Source of the DNA: the human T2T-CHM13v2.0 reference genome, Homo sapiens | Strand: one strand, 5' to 3' | Length of the DNA stretch: 64,000 bases | Assembly (NCBI RefSeq): GCF_009914755.1 | Contig: NC_060938.1 | In this document: in pieces, positions 44,241 through 59,324 of the stretch | Position numbering within the stretch: position 1 is the first letter of the stretch | How the letters are laid out: the number at the start of each line of letters is the position of its first letter | Notes under the pieces: generated by a model | Told to the model about the DNA's origin: nothing | Database searches by the model: none | What the model saw: the letters and a program-made list of their open reading frames with translations, nothing else | Program-made: the position numbers and the translations under genes

Positions 44241-46048
44241 CAAGCTCTCTTTGCCCTTCATTTGTAAATTTTAAAATTATGATTCATCATTCATTATATT
44301 TAAATCTTCCTCAATTTTTAGCTTAATACATTACATTCATACAATAAACATTTTCGTTAGGTAGAGTTAATCATTTTATGTAATAAATACATGAACTTGA
44401 GCAAGGACACTTTTATTTTAGAAATGGGGGAACAAAATGAGTCACACATGGCATAAAGTGATTACATCATATTTCAGAATCCTCTTAGTTATTGCCTTCT
44501 TGTATATTATAGACACTGATTTGTTGTTACTAATGCTTTAAACAATTATAATGAGTCATCTTTTTGTTTGCCGTAGTTCCAGAGTTTACAATAATGTATA
44601 TCCAAAATGTGGCCCAGTGGAATGCTTCTCTGAACCTTCTTCCAATAGAGTACACAATATGATTGTTTACTGTGGGGCTTCCCGGTGTGGATTGCAACTG
44701 CATTCATCTAAATGAGAGACTAGGTCTGTAGCCTAGAGACAAAGGAAAGACTCTGGCTTCTTGTATGAAATAAATTAGCAGAAAAAGATGTTCATGTTCT
44801 CACATGGGACTAGAATTAGATCATTACTCTCTCAGGTCTCTTACTATGACTGTTGTCAACAGTTAATTGTCAGAACTAATATGGTTTCCTAAAACAGCAC
44901 TTCTTTAAAGTTTTTCCAGTTCAACTGAACTAGATTTATACAGTAGGGGTATGTCTTTACAGGGTGAAAAACATACGATGCAAATTTTTAGATATTTTCA
45001 AGAGCATGAGAGGTTTATAATCATTTTTACTTCTCTATCCAGAAATTTTTTTTAAACTTCATTTTCCAGCATTAATTATAAAGATGTTTTAAGAAGATCA
45101 TGGAGAACTCTAGCAGGGAGAATGTAAGTGGGCTGAAATCTAATTCTGATAGGCAAAGAAAATGAAAAATTTAGGTTCCACTCTTGGATAATCAACAGAA
45201 AATAGGATTTAGATAATTCAGGTAAGCCATAATATGTGTTTTAAGAAATTATTGGATAACTAATTGACAAACTCAGTTGGAACTATAGGCCAGTATAATA
45301 TACATTCAATAGTATCTGTTTAGCAGGAATTGCCTAATTGTAAATGACTCCTGCAGGAGCACGAAGGTAAATTTCTATTAATATAGGGTGTTTAATGTAT
45401 TAAGATCATATGTTGCAATACAATTACTTTGATAGTAGAATGTTATGAGTTATTCTGCTTAAACTCTAAAGTTTTCTGTAAAGTAGGTATTTTTATACCT
45501 CCCATCTTTTTTAAGGTGTGGAATTAAAGCTCAGATAAAATAACTGGCCAAAAGTTAATCTGTGTGACTTTACATCATGTAATAATAATCAAGCCATGAA
45601 TATCTCTTCAAAAGTTAAGAAGAATGTTGTATAATTGATGATGTAAGATGACCACAAGACAAGCAAATGTAAACACTTTTTGTCAACCTATGAGGCTTGT
45701 GGAGCTGGACTCTAGGTCACTCCTCTAGTCTTGTTGTCATGAGTCAGCTCCTGGGTAAGCTCATTTCCTACTGTATAAAAGACAAGGACTATCCAAAAAC
45801 TCAAGGGGTTCTAATTATACTGATTAAATTATTAAGCATTATTTAGACATTTACATAAGTTCTTTCCTATTATCCACCTATCCAGACATACTATTATGGC
45901 CTCTTCAAAATTTTTGCATTCAGCAAATGCACATTATATCTGAGATCTCAGAATCCCTCACCTTAAAAGTATTCTTAATTCAAATTCTGATTCCTTTCTA
46001 TTTATCCTCCTTTAGAGTTGTTTCAGAACAAGTTTGCAGCTTGGAACC

Positions 46049-47020
46049 ATGGATAAGTCCAATTCTTCAGTGGTGTCTGAATTTGTACTGTTGGGACTCT
46101 GTAGTTCTCAAAAACTCCAGCTTTTCTATTTTTGTTTCTTCTCTGTGTTGTATACAGTCATTGTGCTGGGAAATCTTCTCATTATCCTCACAGTGACTTC
46201 TGATACCAGCCTGCACTCCCCTATGTACTTTCTCTTGGGAAACCTTTCCTTTGTTGACATTTGTCAGGCTTCTTTTGCTACCCCTAAAATGATTGCAGAT
46301 TTTCTGAGTGCACACGAGACCATATCTTTCAGTGGCTGCATAGCCCAAATTTTCTTTATTCACCTTTTTACTGGAGGGGAGATGGTGCTACTTGTTTCGA
46401 TGGCCTATGACAGGTATGTAGCCATATGCAAACCCTTATACTATGTGGTCATCATGAGCCGAAGGACATGCACTGTCTTGGTAATGATCTCCTGGGCTGT
46501 GAGCTTGGTGCACACATTAAGCCAGTTATCATTTACTGTGAACCTGCCTTTTTGTGGACCTAATGTAGTAGACAGCTTTTTTTGTGATCTTCCTCGAGTC
46601 ACCAAACTTGCCTGCCTGGACTCTTACATCATTGAAATACTAATTGTGGTCAATAGTGGAATTCTTTCCCTAAGCACTTTCTCTCTCTTGGTCAGCTCCT
46701 ACATCATTATTCTTGTTACAGTTTGGCTCAAGTCTTCAGCTGCAATGGCAAAGGCATTTTCTACGCTGGCTTCCCATATTGCAGTAGTAATATTATTCTT
46801 TGGACCTTGCATCTTCATCTATGTGTGGCCCTTTACCATCTCTCCTTTGGATAAATTTCTTGCCATATTTTACACTGTTTTCACCCCCGTCCTAAACCCC
46901 ATTATTTATACACTAAGGAATAGGGATATGAAGGCTGCCGTAAGGAAAATTGTGAACCATTACCTGAGGCCAAGGAGAATTTCTGAAATGTCACTAGTAG
47001 TGAGAACTTCCTTTCATTAA
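46049..47020 (+). CDS. OR4K5: Olfactory receptor 4K5, intact, 323 aa from the ATG at 46049
   Basis: MDKSNSSVVSEF, LHSPMYFLL, MAYDRYVAICKPLYY, FFCDLP, PVLNPIIYTLRN; good Kozak context accATGg; the track start at TTG 46034 is not used. Confidence 0.95.
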   Translation: MDKSNSSVVSEFVLLGLCSSQKLQLFYFCFFSVLYTVIVLGNLLIILTVTSDTSLHSPMYFLLGNLSFVDICQASFATPKMIADFLSAHETISFSGCIAQIFFIHLFTGGEMVLLVSMAYDRYVAICKPLYYVVIMSRRTCTVLVMISWAVSLVHTLSQLSFTVNLPFCGPNVVDSFFCDLPRVTKLACLDSYIIEILIVVNSGILSLSTFSLLVSSYIIILVTVWLKSSAAMAKAFSTLASHIAVVILFFGPCIFIYVWPFTISPLDKFLAIFYTVFTPVLNPIIYTLRNRDMKAAVRKIVNHYLRPRRISEMSLVVRTSFH

Positions 47021-48099
47021 GACAAAACTCCTTCAAATTCCTCAGGTCAATACACTGTTTAATATTTTAATGTATTTTTGTGGTGTATCTCAATTGTGGG
47101 GAAAGTAGTGAAGAAGATAATATAGAGAACATTTAATGAATATTAACAAGTCTTTTTCTAGGTATCAAGTGAAAGTTAAATATAAAAACATGGAAAAATC
47201 TCTGTTTAGATTACTGGTTCTAGAAATAAAATATGGGCACTAGATGGATAATATGTATGCATTTACTGCTTTTGTTACGGGGTAAATGTAAATATCAAGA
47301 AAAAAATCAATGAGAACCTAATTCTCTGGTGGGCATACATTCAAACATTTGTCAGGTTTTAAGAGTTTTCTTAACAACATGCCTAAAACTTCTATGTGGA
47401 TGAATAGTATTTAAGAATCTGAAACTGAATTTTGCCAACTTCAGGGAATAGCCAAACTACAATTTAATATAACTGCTTAAGTTCAAGTGGAGATTATTAG
47501 GTTATGAGACTCCCCCCCCGCAAAATCAATTATGCCTATCCCATACGGTTTTCAAATAGCTAAAATGCTTTAAAATATGGAATGATACATACTCAGAAGC
47601 TTCCATTTTAAACCTTTCATTTAAAGGGCTGCCTCTGATTGGCTAGATAATTCCAATTTCCTTTTAGATTATGAGTTGCAGAAAAGAGAGGAGAATCTAG
47701 AAAGCTGGACTATTTCAACACCAAGATTTTCGTTTGTGCCACTTCTCTTCTTGTTCCTACAGTGCAGCTGCCAGTGGCTTATGTTCAGGCACCTAGTGGT
47801 ACTCATCCTCCAGCAAGTTTTATTGCCAGCCTTGGCCTTAAATTCTCTGATCCCCATCTTCACTTCACCTTCTGTGGACTAGATCTGGTCCAGTGCAACC
47901 CAGAGAACCTCTCTCCATCTAGGGGGCCTCACTCATATTCTCTCCAAAGAGTTCTGAAACTCAACCTTGGGCAGGGCATCACCCTTCCACATTTATTTCT
48001 TCCTTGGTTTCTCTCCTTTAGGCCTATGGTATTTTTTTTTTTCAAAGTAAACTGAAGACGATTCAGATTCAGATTTAATCAGTTTTTACATGTACTCTT

Positions 48100-49000
48100 T
48101 TTTTTTTTTACTATTGCTTTATAGTATTATGAAATATCATTGCATAAATAGATTCATGTAGTCACAACAGCCACAATAAGGACATAGACCTCTTCCGTCA
48201 CTTCAAAGAAACTTTCCTGTGCTGTCTCCCCTGTGATCTTAACCCTGGCAACCAATGATCTGTTCCCCATCACTCTATTTTATTTTTTCATTTCAAGAGT
48301 GTTGTAAAATTTATCAGCTGTTCAAATGGCCTTTGTAATAATTTTTAGAAAATTTAATGTGGTTGGATTTGTGAATCATTTTTGGTATCTTTTTTTGTGT
48401 GTATGTGTCTGATTTAAGAAATCCTTCTCTCTGTCAAGATCATAAAGACATTATTTAGATTTTCTTCTGTAAATTAAAACATATATTGCTTTTTATACTT
48501 AAGAATTTCATCGCTTTGTAACTCATTTTGTACATTTTGGGAGCTAGGCATCTATTTTTATATATTTGTAAATATGTAGAAATCAGACTTGGTGTCATTT
48601 ATTTAATTGTTCATTATTTCCCTCAATTTGCAATACTACCTCTCTTACATTTTCAGCTTCAGTGTATGTATGGATTTGTTACTAGACTCTATTCTGTTTC
48701 GTTAATGTATGTGTTTAGCCCTGCACCCATATTACGCTGTTTTAATTTACTACAGTTTTAAAATAAATCTTGATGTCTGATAGATTAAGTTCTCTCATCT
48801 CTTATTTTTCAGTGTCTTTGTTAGTTTATCCCCTTTATGTTCTATAAACATTTTACAACCAGCTCGTCAGATTTCTTAAAATATTATTTCAGGATTTTGT
48901 TGTAATTGCATTGGATTCATGTGTTAATTGACATACAAAGATATTTATTATATTCATTGTATATAACATATTTATTAACTTATAGAGAATGACATCTTTT
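48100..49000 (-). mobile_element. Old L1M fragments
   Basis: Degraded antisense L1 ORF2/3' motifs (gtctgatttaagaaatccttctc, tttgttgtaattgcattggattc). Confidence 0.55.
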
Positions 49001-49527
49001 ACAAATAAATGTTGAAAAAGAAAAAATATGTCAACAAAAAATTACAATTATTTATGTAAAAAATGTAACTTGCAAAACAACAAATACTCTAAGCTTATGT
49101 ACAAATTTAAAGATGTGCATTTAGAGAAAATTATAAAATTTAACAAAAGGTAGTAATGAAGAGTGTATTAGTAAATCAAACTTAAATAAGTGAAGATAGA
49201 CACTATATTAATAAATAGAAAAACAGTATGGTAAAAGATGTCAGTTCTCTCTTAGGGTATTTTTTTAGAGTTACTTTTTATTCTCCTTGTAGTAGCTAAT
49301 TCCTATTACCAGTTGCTAATTCTTTATATTAAGTATTCTCTGTTCAAATTACTCATGTGGGTTCTGTCTCCTGACTAGACTCTGACAGATACAGATACTT
49401 TTAAGTATTTTGAAGGTATCGAAAAATCAGAAGCATCTCATCAAATATGTTAATGAGAGAAATCAGGAGCCAGTTGAATAAAAAAAAGTCAGTAGCTTCA
49501 TCTATTTATGCACTAAAGTGAAATTCA

Positions 49528-50221
<694 letters not shown>

Positions 50222-52099
50222 CACAAATTTTTCAAATTACTCTAGTTCCAATAAAAACAAGGGACATTCCTAATGCTAAGAGCAATGAATTTCTAATTTA
50301 ATTAATTCTTATTTAAGGGAAACTATTAAAGGCACATAGCATCGTATTTCGGTTAGGATTGTGATATTATGTACTGTAGAATCCCACCTTAAATTTTGTT
50401 TAAAATATAAAAAATAGAAAAATAAATAAAAAAATAAAGCAACTATTAATATAACTTGGTAATCAACTTTTTAATACACACATTTCAAAGTAATAGGATA
50501 GTATTAAAAATTCTTTTTTTTTCCTCTGGTTTACAGATCCTATAGACTTTCCCTGCACTGCTGACAAATTGACAGAGAAATATCATTAACTGAATAAAAT
50601 GGCAGAAGAAGTGAACATTTTAGTAAATGTGGAAATAACTCTAGTCAATTGAAAAAGTGTAAAGGAAAGTGTCTTGAGTTGGCTGTCAAAAACTGGGATT
50701 TGAACATTGATTATATTACTATTTTTGACATTGAACAGATTACTTAGCTTTTGATCAAGTCACCAATCTCTTCAGTCTTTTAATTTTCAGCTATTTCTCT
50801 CAGAATAAAGAAAAGAAAAAAAAAACTACCTTTTTGGTTCACACAGGCTCTGTATTATATGGCTTCCTCTTCACGATAACCCATACAATGAGTTAATTAA
50901 CATATTTCTCCCTGGCTAAGCCAAACTCTACCTTATTAGGGGATTTGTTTATGGTAGATGAATATATTCCTAAATTGCTTTTGATAATCTGAATATTTTA
51001 AAAAGTAAGAAGGGATGCTACCAAACCCAGGGCAGACTTTTATTTGTTTCCTGAGATCTCACAATTTAAGCTACTTCTGCTATGCTTATGAACTAAGTTG
51101 ATGAGCAGTCCTTCTGACAAGGAACAGTCCTTCAGACAATGCCCAGCACAGAAGCTGTTCGAAAGAGCTGATGTGATGCCTCAGACTTTACAGAGAGACG
51201 GTGTCATGGCTAGTGGGGAGAGTACCCCAAAAGGCCAACGGGATAAAGGATGAAGAAGCTTTAGTTCCATTGACTAAATATAGACAACTGGCAATAGTAT
51301 GAGTCAAGTTAGTCACAGGACAAGGAGGAAAGTATCAGAGGTACACTTTCCAGGAATGCAGAGTAACAGAGTCCTCCAGGAAAAAACAGAGTAGGTGATT
51401 GCAAAGGCACTTCAGGGTGGTCTTTAGAGGAACATAAAGGTGGGGTGTGGGTGGAATGGATCTGTCAGCAGAGCCAAGATCCAGTATTTCACCATAGGTG
51501 TTTTACTTTTTAAACAAATCTACATTTCATCATAAATACTTTTCCATGGAGAAGATCCTTGCCATATTATATGTTGTATTTGCAATATCTTGAAATTCAA
51601 ATAGATTTAACCTCATATTGAGTACATGAAGGATATCATAAAACTACCAACATGTCAACAAAAAGTTGTAGAAAACCTCTCGTCTTTGTCTTGTGATGGA
51701 GTTCTCACCCTTAAAAAGTCACATTTCTTACACCATAACTTTCTGAACATTTATAGTTTGTTCAGCTTTTTCAAACTCTTTTACTCTCTGTCATAATATT
51801 GTCCTGAGGGAACTTAATGGTCATGATAATCTATAGAACATCATTTTAGTCACACATTGAAGGCATGCACTGATTAGACCTGTGAGTAGGAAGTGACATA
51901 CAAGAAGGTTAGCAATAACCCTTAGATATTTTCAGAATTCTGCTAAATCATTTAGGTGTTGAGTCCAATACGCTAGGGCAGGCTAGACTATCCTCTCATT
52001 ACATAAAATACACATTATTTTGTTTTATATTCTTTACCACTGAGAAAGAGGCACAGTTCTTTCAAGATCATTGAATGTTATAGGCAGCATAAAAACTGC

Positions 52100-53720
52100 T
52101 TCATAAATACTACTTTAGATCAATTTTAGGTTGATTCATAGTATTTCCAGTTTTCAGTGGGTCCCCGTACTAACTCTGGTCTTCAGTGCAAACTGCCCAG
52201 CCATTCAGGCTATGTCGACCAGAAATCCAATGAAATGGAGATATCCATGATAAATAAGGACATTGTGTAGATTATTTACAAAAGTCAATTAGATAAATAA
52301 CAATACTTTTAGGATTCCAGAAAAAAAGCTCTGCAGAAGCCAACTGCTTACTATTTAAAAATAGATCTTAGTATGCTGTTGGGTCTTATCAGGGACTAAG
52401 TACCTGACCATTGATTTCCAAGTGACTGCCTACATGAAAAGCACTGCTCATCATGAACTGTTATCAGATTTATTAAATCATAATTTCTAGCTGCCACAGC
52501 AGCAAGCCATCACACATTGGAAATGGCATGTGTAGGACCACGCTGAAGCAGGTATAAAGGCACTAGGAATTGGTATGAACAGATAGTCTAAATCCCTTAT
52601 CAAGTATTTCTGTGGCATTAATATATTTTCTTAAGCTCAATATTATGGCCTCATGAGAGAGTTTCTACGGATGACTTCATTCTATGCCTTGGTGCAAGCC
52701 AAAAAATGGGACTGCTGCTGCATTACTACTCACTCAGATGACCTTCATGGACACTCAGGAGGAAGAATTCTCTCATTGGCCAGAGCCATAAACATTGCAC
52801 TTAGTTATCAGATTTAGATGGAGAATTGGTCATAAGTAAAAATAAACATGAATTTGTGGGCTTTGAAAAATGGCTTTGCTAGCTTGTTAGGGGTCTTGAA
52901 GATCAAAATTGAAAATTGGAGGAAAGTAGTCTGGGAGGGAAGAATGAGGATGAACGTATGTGAGTGGGCTCTAAGTGTGTAGATTTTTGTACTTTACAAC
53001 AATGCCTATCAGGGACCAAAAACATGGACTCTCTTTTATCAAGGTTAGTCTCATACCACTGCTACAGCTCCTGAATGCTTGGTCTGTTGGCAGAAGGGAG
53101 TCATGCTGCAACCTTGTTATGGTGCCATTCTGCAGAAAGACCACATCCATTTGGTGGCAAATCAACTGTATCACACCCCTTCCTCTGAAGGGGGGGTAGT
53201 GATTTGTCTTTATTGGAATTCATTCCTATTCCTGATGTGAGTTTTCCCTCTCTACCTGTAGTCCTTCTCCCCAGACACAATTCCAGGGCACACAGAGTGT
53301 TTGACATATGGATATAGGATTCCACAGAGATTGTCTCTGGAATTATAGACAAAAGTATTTACAGTGAAGAAACTGGAATTTATTGAATTTACAGTGAAGA
53401 GGTGTGACAATAGAGACATATCATGGATCCATTTTTCTGGGAAGCTTCCAGCCACAAACAAGATTGGAATGACCTTTAAAAGCCTCAGATAAAAGTCTGT
53501 TGTTGAGATTATACTCACATTTTTTGAGATGGTGAACTCCAAAATGTAATATATTTGTTGAAATGACAGTTAATTTGCAATTTTGTGTCACCAGTAGCTA
53601 AAATACTCACAATCAGATAACAAGGAATAGACAAGGCATAGATTGGACTCTCTCTGCATCATTCCCATTGATCCACTTATGGATTTTGTGGTTCCTGTCC
53701 CAACAATTCTAGGATTTACT
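52100..53720 (+). mobile_element. Degraded ERVL internal pol (tether/RNase H/integrase) remnant
   Basis: cagcagcaagccatcacacattggaaatggcat resembles QQHSIIKWKW; tggtggcaaatcaactgtatcacaccccttcct resembles integrase WWQVDYIGPLP. Confidence 0.7.
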
Positions 53721-54807
53721 ATGATCTTGCTTATTTATTTATTTTATTTATTTATTTATTTATTGCTAGTGGTTTATTGAATGTCTTGCTTCTATGGCTA
53801 GAACTATACTTCAGTTATGGAAAGCTTTTAGCCAGGATCTCTTCAGCTATTGTTTTAGTCTTGTGCTCTCTTCTTCTGTGACTTCAATTATGTTTATCTT
53901 TCTCCAATGTGTCGCTAATTCATGTCTTGTCTTTGCCACCTTTGCCAATTTAACTGACAATAGAAAGCTTTTTTTTAAAATTCCTATTTGTTTATTTTAC
54001 ATTTCTCTAAATAATAAATAGGGTTTTTATTTTTAATTGGGCATATTTTTTGCCTCTTAAATTAAAATGTTACCTGTTTTCTACTTTAAGTATGTTTACT
54101 AAGTATAAAATGTATGTTTCTATTTAGATTTTCATTGACAAATAATTAACATATTTTCTCCCCAAATTACTCCAAATTATGTTGACATTTTTTCAATCTG
54201 TAAGGTAAAGATGTCTTATTATTGTCATAGAGTTGCAGAGTATTTCTGTTCTTTTGAACTCCTTGTGCATCTGCTCATTTTTCTACTTATTGATATTTCT
54301 TTATTTTAATTACTAATAATATTTTGATTTACAAGGAATTAGTCTCATTGGTCATATATGTTGCACATATTTTATAGTTTGCTTTTTTATTTAATGTTGA
54401 TTGTGGGTTTTTTTGATATATCAAATCTAAAAATGATTAAGTCAATCAATTCTATCCATTACATAGCCATATATTTATGGCTTCTTTAACATCATGCTTT
54501 AGAGGCCTTACCAACTCCAAGATTATAAAAAAATCTTCACGTGCTTTTTTCTAATTTTTAAAACTTAATCTTTGATCCAATTAAAATTTATTTTGCTTTT
54601 ATAACTGTATGCAGATAGAAATTTACTTTTTCCCATGAATTTCATTTATATAGTAATCTACATTTCTTTAAATTATTATAAATATTATTATATAGTTTAT
54701 ACATATATATTTGGTTATATTTCTGGATACTATTCTGTTTCATTTATTTTTTATATATAGATATATATAATTAAAATAATATAATATGTGCATTTTATAC
54801 ATATCAC

Positions 54808-54811
<4 letters not shown>

Positions 54812-54848
<37 letters not shown>

Positions 54849-54851
54849 ATG

Positions 54852-54882
<31 letters not shown>
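54812..54882. repeat. (TG)n followed by (GA)n microsatellite
   Basis: Directly visible. Confidence 0.95.
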
Positions 54883-57734
54883 CATGGACCAAAATATTTC
54901 ACCTTGGAGCTTTTCTTATTTTTTTTGGTAAAGTTACTTCTGGTTATTTTTCTCTTGCAAATATTTCTTGTCTACTGTCACACAATTTATCTCCTAGTAA
55001 TCTTTGTAGGCTATTTTAATAATGGTTATTTTATGCAATCAAAAGAAATGATTTCTAATCATCCTGAGCAAAATGGAATTATTAGGAGGATTTGGCATTA
55101 TCTGCATATTTGATAGTACATTTAGAGAAGCAGCCTCATAAAATGAGCAGAACCATTAGAAGCCAGACAGCACGAAAAACAGTCAAGATTATGCTTGTCT
55201 GGTAAAAACAAATGCTTGTTGACACTGGGTCTTCCCTGAATCATTGCTGCTGAAATCTAACATTATTTTACTATTGTGATAGTCCCTTAACTGTCTGTTT
55301 GTCATTGTATATCTCCCTTAAGATGCTAAATTAGGCTTTATGCTTTTGAATTTTTCTTTGTAGTCTGGATATTTTAAAACTTTAATTCATAAGTGTGTCC
55401 ATTGATTTGGTTTATAAAAGTTCGAACATAATTTTACAATCTTTAACTTTTTTTCCCTCAACATTATGTTTTTAACCATACATATTCATGTACAAAATAT
55501 TATTTAACAATTTTAATTATTGAATGTATTTCATCACACTAAAATATTATATTTCCCCACTCTCAAATTTATATATATATATGTACTTAGGTTTTTTCCA
55601 GTATCTCTCCTTCAGCCAGTGCTGCAATATGTGCCATTGTGCTCAAATGCTTATATATGTGAATGTTTTACTAAGGTGTACACATGCACACAGGATAGAT
55701 AGGAAGATAGAAACACTAAGTAATAGGGAATCTTACCTTCAATTTTTTTACTTAAAGATGACCACTTGAAACTTACATCAGAACCTGTGGAGATCTAGAA
55801 AACTTATATAAAATATAGTTGAAAAAGACTGTTGATGTATTTTGGGAAAGAAATTTATATAGGGAATAAATGAGAGCCTCTTTAAATATTTGAAGAAACA
55901 TAATACTGAAGTGCTAATAGATTTACTCTTTAAATTACAAATGGTAGAAACAGTGGAGCACAGACTGAACTGTCTTATGAAGCAGTGGGCTCCTTGTGAT
56001 TGGAGGAAACACCCTGAGGCGAGGTGATAATTTTTAAGATTGTGTGATTGTTTTATTAACAGAGAGTTAGGAGTTGAATACCTGAATACTTCCTTTGCTG
56101 ACTGATACTCAGTTAAAATCAAGTAATCTTTTGCTTTCATATGTATACACTAGTTGGCGAACAAACAAACAAACCTTTTTTTCTTTTCCATTTCTGGAAA
56201 ATTATTTTGTAAAACATAATTACTCCCACTGGAAAGTGACCTCAGATCTCTAAAGGGTGATTTCTTGCTTCACCAATGAAATCAGTTTTCTAGAATGAGG
56301 TTGAAAGGCTTTATATTGTATTGCCTTAAGTTATTGTAATTGCTCGGTTGAGTGCAAGGTGATCAGAGCCCTCACTACATCAGGACAGGACCTGAGGACC
56401 TGAGAGGCTTCCTTCCATACGGCATAGTGTAGGGAACCAAGTTAAAATGCATCAAGTTAAGATTATATTACAAATATTTTCAGTATGAAGACTCATAGCA
56501 GAAAGTGGGAAATGGAAACAAACCAGAGGACACCAAACTGGGAAAATAAGGAAGAAGTGAAAGACTTGGACAACTTTTTCAAAGTGTAAGTATTATACAT
56601 TCATTGTGAACATATTGTTGCACTGGAGAAATAATTAATGAGATCTCTTATAGATGCAAAAACAGCAACTAGAAGATAGCAAAGTGGAAGTTATTGCTGT
56701 CTCAGACAAATTGAAAACTCCCTCTGGAAGAAGAATATTCCTGTTCTCCACTTCTCTGTCTATATCATTCTTCCACTGCACTGCTTCTGGGCAACCCTGG
56801 TAAGAAGAGGATCAGAATCTGATAAACAGAGGAACATATGTTACAACCATTATCTGTCCCTTCTCTGACCCATTTATGCTTTCTGTTCAGTGACTCTGTA
56901 GCCATTAGTTTAACAAATGTTTATTGACTACCAAAATTTGCCTCAAATGAAGAAAAGTGTAGCTATACACAGTAGAGTAATGGTCAGTAGTATATCCTTT
57001 ATTGTTTGCTTCTAGGCTTATAGGTAATCAAGTATTATACATTAAAATAAAAACAAGAAAAAATTATTCATGCTTATGATTTCAGAGTTCCATTGACACA
57101 TTGTATAGTAGATATTAATGCAACAGCAACCCTTTCATATCCAACTTGGCTTTACACCAAGAATAGGGAAATTTTCTTATGGTGTATTTTGGGATCTGAA
57201 AACACTCCTATCTCTGAGGTATAGTGGCAATGACAGAATGAATGATTCAATAATGAAGAAGCTTCTGGGTGCTCTGTGGACTGCTGAAGGAATGCTAACT
57301 TTTATAAACTCCATGTGTTTCCATAACTGCCTCTGCACTTAGAATTTTAGAGATGAAACTAGCTTTAGAGATAATCCAGTTCTATCTTTTAAGTTCAGTC
57401 ACACAGCCAGCAAGTAGCAAATGTTATTTGTCTATACTATTGGGTAACTACCTTAATTATTAAGAAGAAAATGAGATATAATGTTGAACCTGATCTGTTC
57501 TACTTGCATTTAAAAAATCATAGGAAGTTAGTTTGGAGAGGAATTTCTAGTTGTTTCCTATATTTTGAAAAATTAAGACTAAAAACCTTATCATTTATTA
57601 GATATTGAAAAGATATAATTTGTGGGAAATTTGGATATTTTCAAAAGTATATTTTTCAAAGATAAGATGATTTTTGAAAAAGGAATAATTCCACTAACAT
57701 TATTTAACAATTTTTTGTTAATCATGTTTCATTC

Positions 57735-57838
57735 TCTTTCTTCTTCCTTCTCCTTCTCCTTTTCCTTTTTTCTTCCTCCTCCTCCTCCTCCTCCTCTTGC
57801 TCCTTCTCTTCTCCCTCTTTCTCCCCCTTTCTCTTCTT
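57735..57838. repeat. Polypyrimidine/(CCT)n low-complexity tract
   Basis: Directly visible. Confidence 0.9.
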
Positions 57839-58089
57839 GAGCACCCTTTTTCATCTCTTTTAATCTCCACTCCCGTGTAAATGCCTATTACGTTCCACTC
57901 TGAAATGTAACAAGTGACATCGCCATTTCACATGTTAGAAAAGGAGTTGAGAAAAGTCAAGGAACTGTTCATTCCATTAGAAATTTTAGGAGCTGAGACT
58001 AAATCCAAGACTGTCCCACTTTAGAGCCCCACCACTGTTCTATCACTCATAAGATTTAGCTTTGTTTGTCCAAAAGCATCTCCTAGTCT

Positions 58090-58290
58090 ACTGTAGGAGT
58101 CATTACTACAAGTATACAACTTACTAGTAGTATAAACTTGGGCAATTTACTTAGCCTAAGCTTCTCTGTGCCTGAGTTCCTTCAATTATAAAATGCATAT
58201 TTGAATGGTAGCTACTTTGTAAGGTTATTTTGAGCATTAAATGAGTACAAATGCATGCCATATGCTTAGGGGACTGCTTAGAACATAGAA
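58090..58290 (+). mobile_element. MIR SINE
   Basis: acttgggcaatttacttagcctaagcttctctgtgcctgagttccttc...gttattttgagcattaaatgag. Confidence 0.7.
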
Positions 58291-58548
58291 AAATGTCATT
58301 TGTGATAAGATTTGCCACTTAAATGAATCACACAGTATTTTGCACATACATCTATTATAGCAAATATTAGAAAATGTGCTTTATATAAAAATAATATTTA
58401 TAACACTTATAAATATATATTATTTATAGCACTTATAAATATTATTATTTTTATATAAAGCATGTATTCTAATATTTGCTGTAATAGATGTATGTACAAA
58501 ATACTGTGTGATTCATTTAAGTGGCAAATCTTATCACAAATGACATTT
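58291..58548. repeat. Long AT-rich inverted repeat (palindrome), arms about 106-113 bp
   Basis: 58291-58396 is the reverse complement of 58443-58548 with 5 mismatches counted by eye. Confidence 0.95.
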
Positions 58549-58981
58549 CAATTATGGAGTTTTTTTACTGTAATTATAATGGTTCATTATTATTACAGTA
58601 TAATGAACTGGTATATATTCTATACCAATAGAAGTATAATCTAAATTTATTTGCATGCTCTGTGTAAAGGATTTTTTTTTGCTTAATAACCTATGAAAAT
58701 AAATAATTTTTTATTCCATTAAATAACTGCATTTAATAGGCTTTCCACAATGAGTCAAATGCTATAAGCAGTTCCTCATGGTGTCAAATTTTATCTTTTT
58801 AAATTCATAACTATAGCTCTTTAGGAATTTTTTTACTCTTAGGAATGGGAATATCTTTCTTTTTCAATGTTTCTTTGCTTCCTCGTTTCCCCTGCTCATG
58901 TACACACATGATTAGAGATGCCAGCATTGCCCCAATTCTTCCACATGGAAATGAGATCCCATCATGGAAACTTGTAGTTAG

Positions 58982-59324
<343 letters not shown>

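Noticed and set aside
46034-46048. 5-aa N-terminal extension of OR4K5 from TTG
   Set aside because: Non-ATG start overlapping acceptor-like sequence; the ATG at 46049 has strong Kozak context and a typical OR N-terminus.
46067-46363. Antisense and alternative-frame ORFs over OR genes (also 61235-61582, 2007-2198)
   Set aside because: Short shadow ORFs of hydrophobic coding sequence with no independent support.
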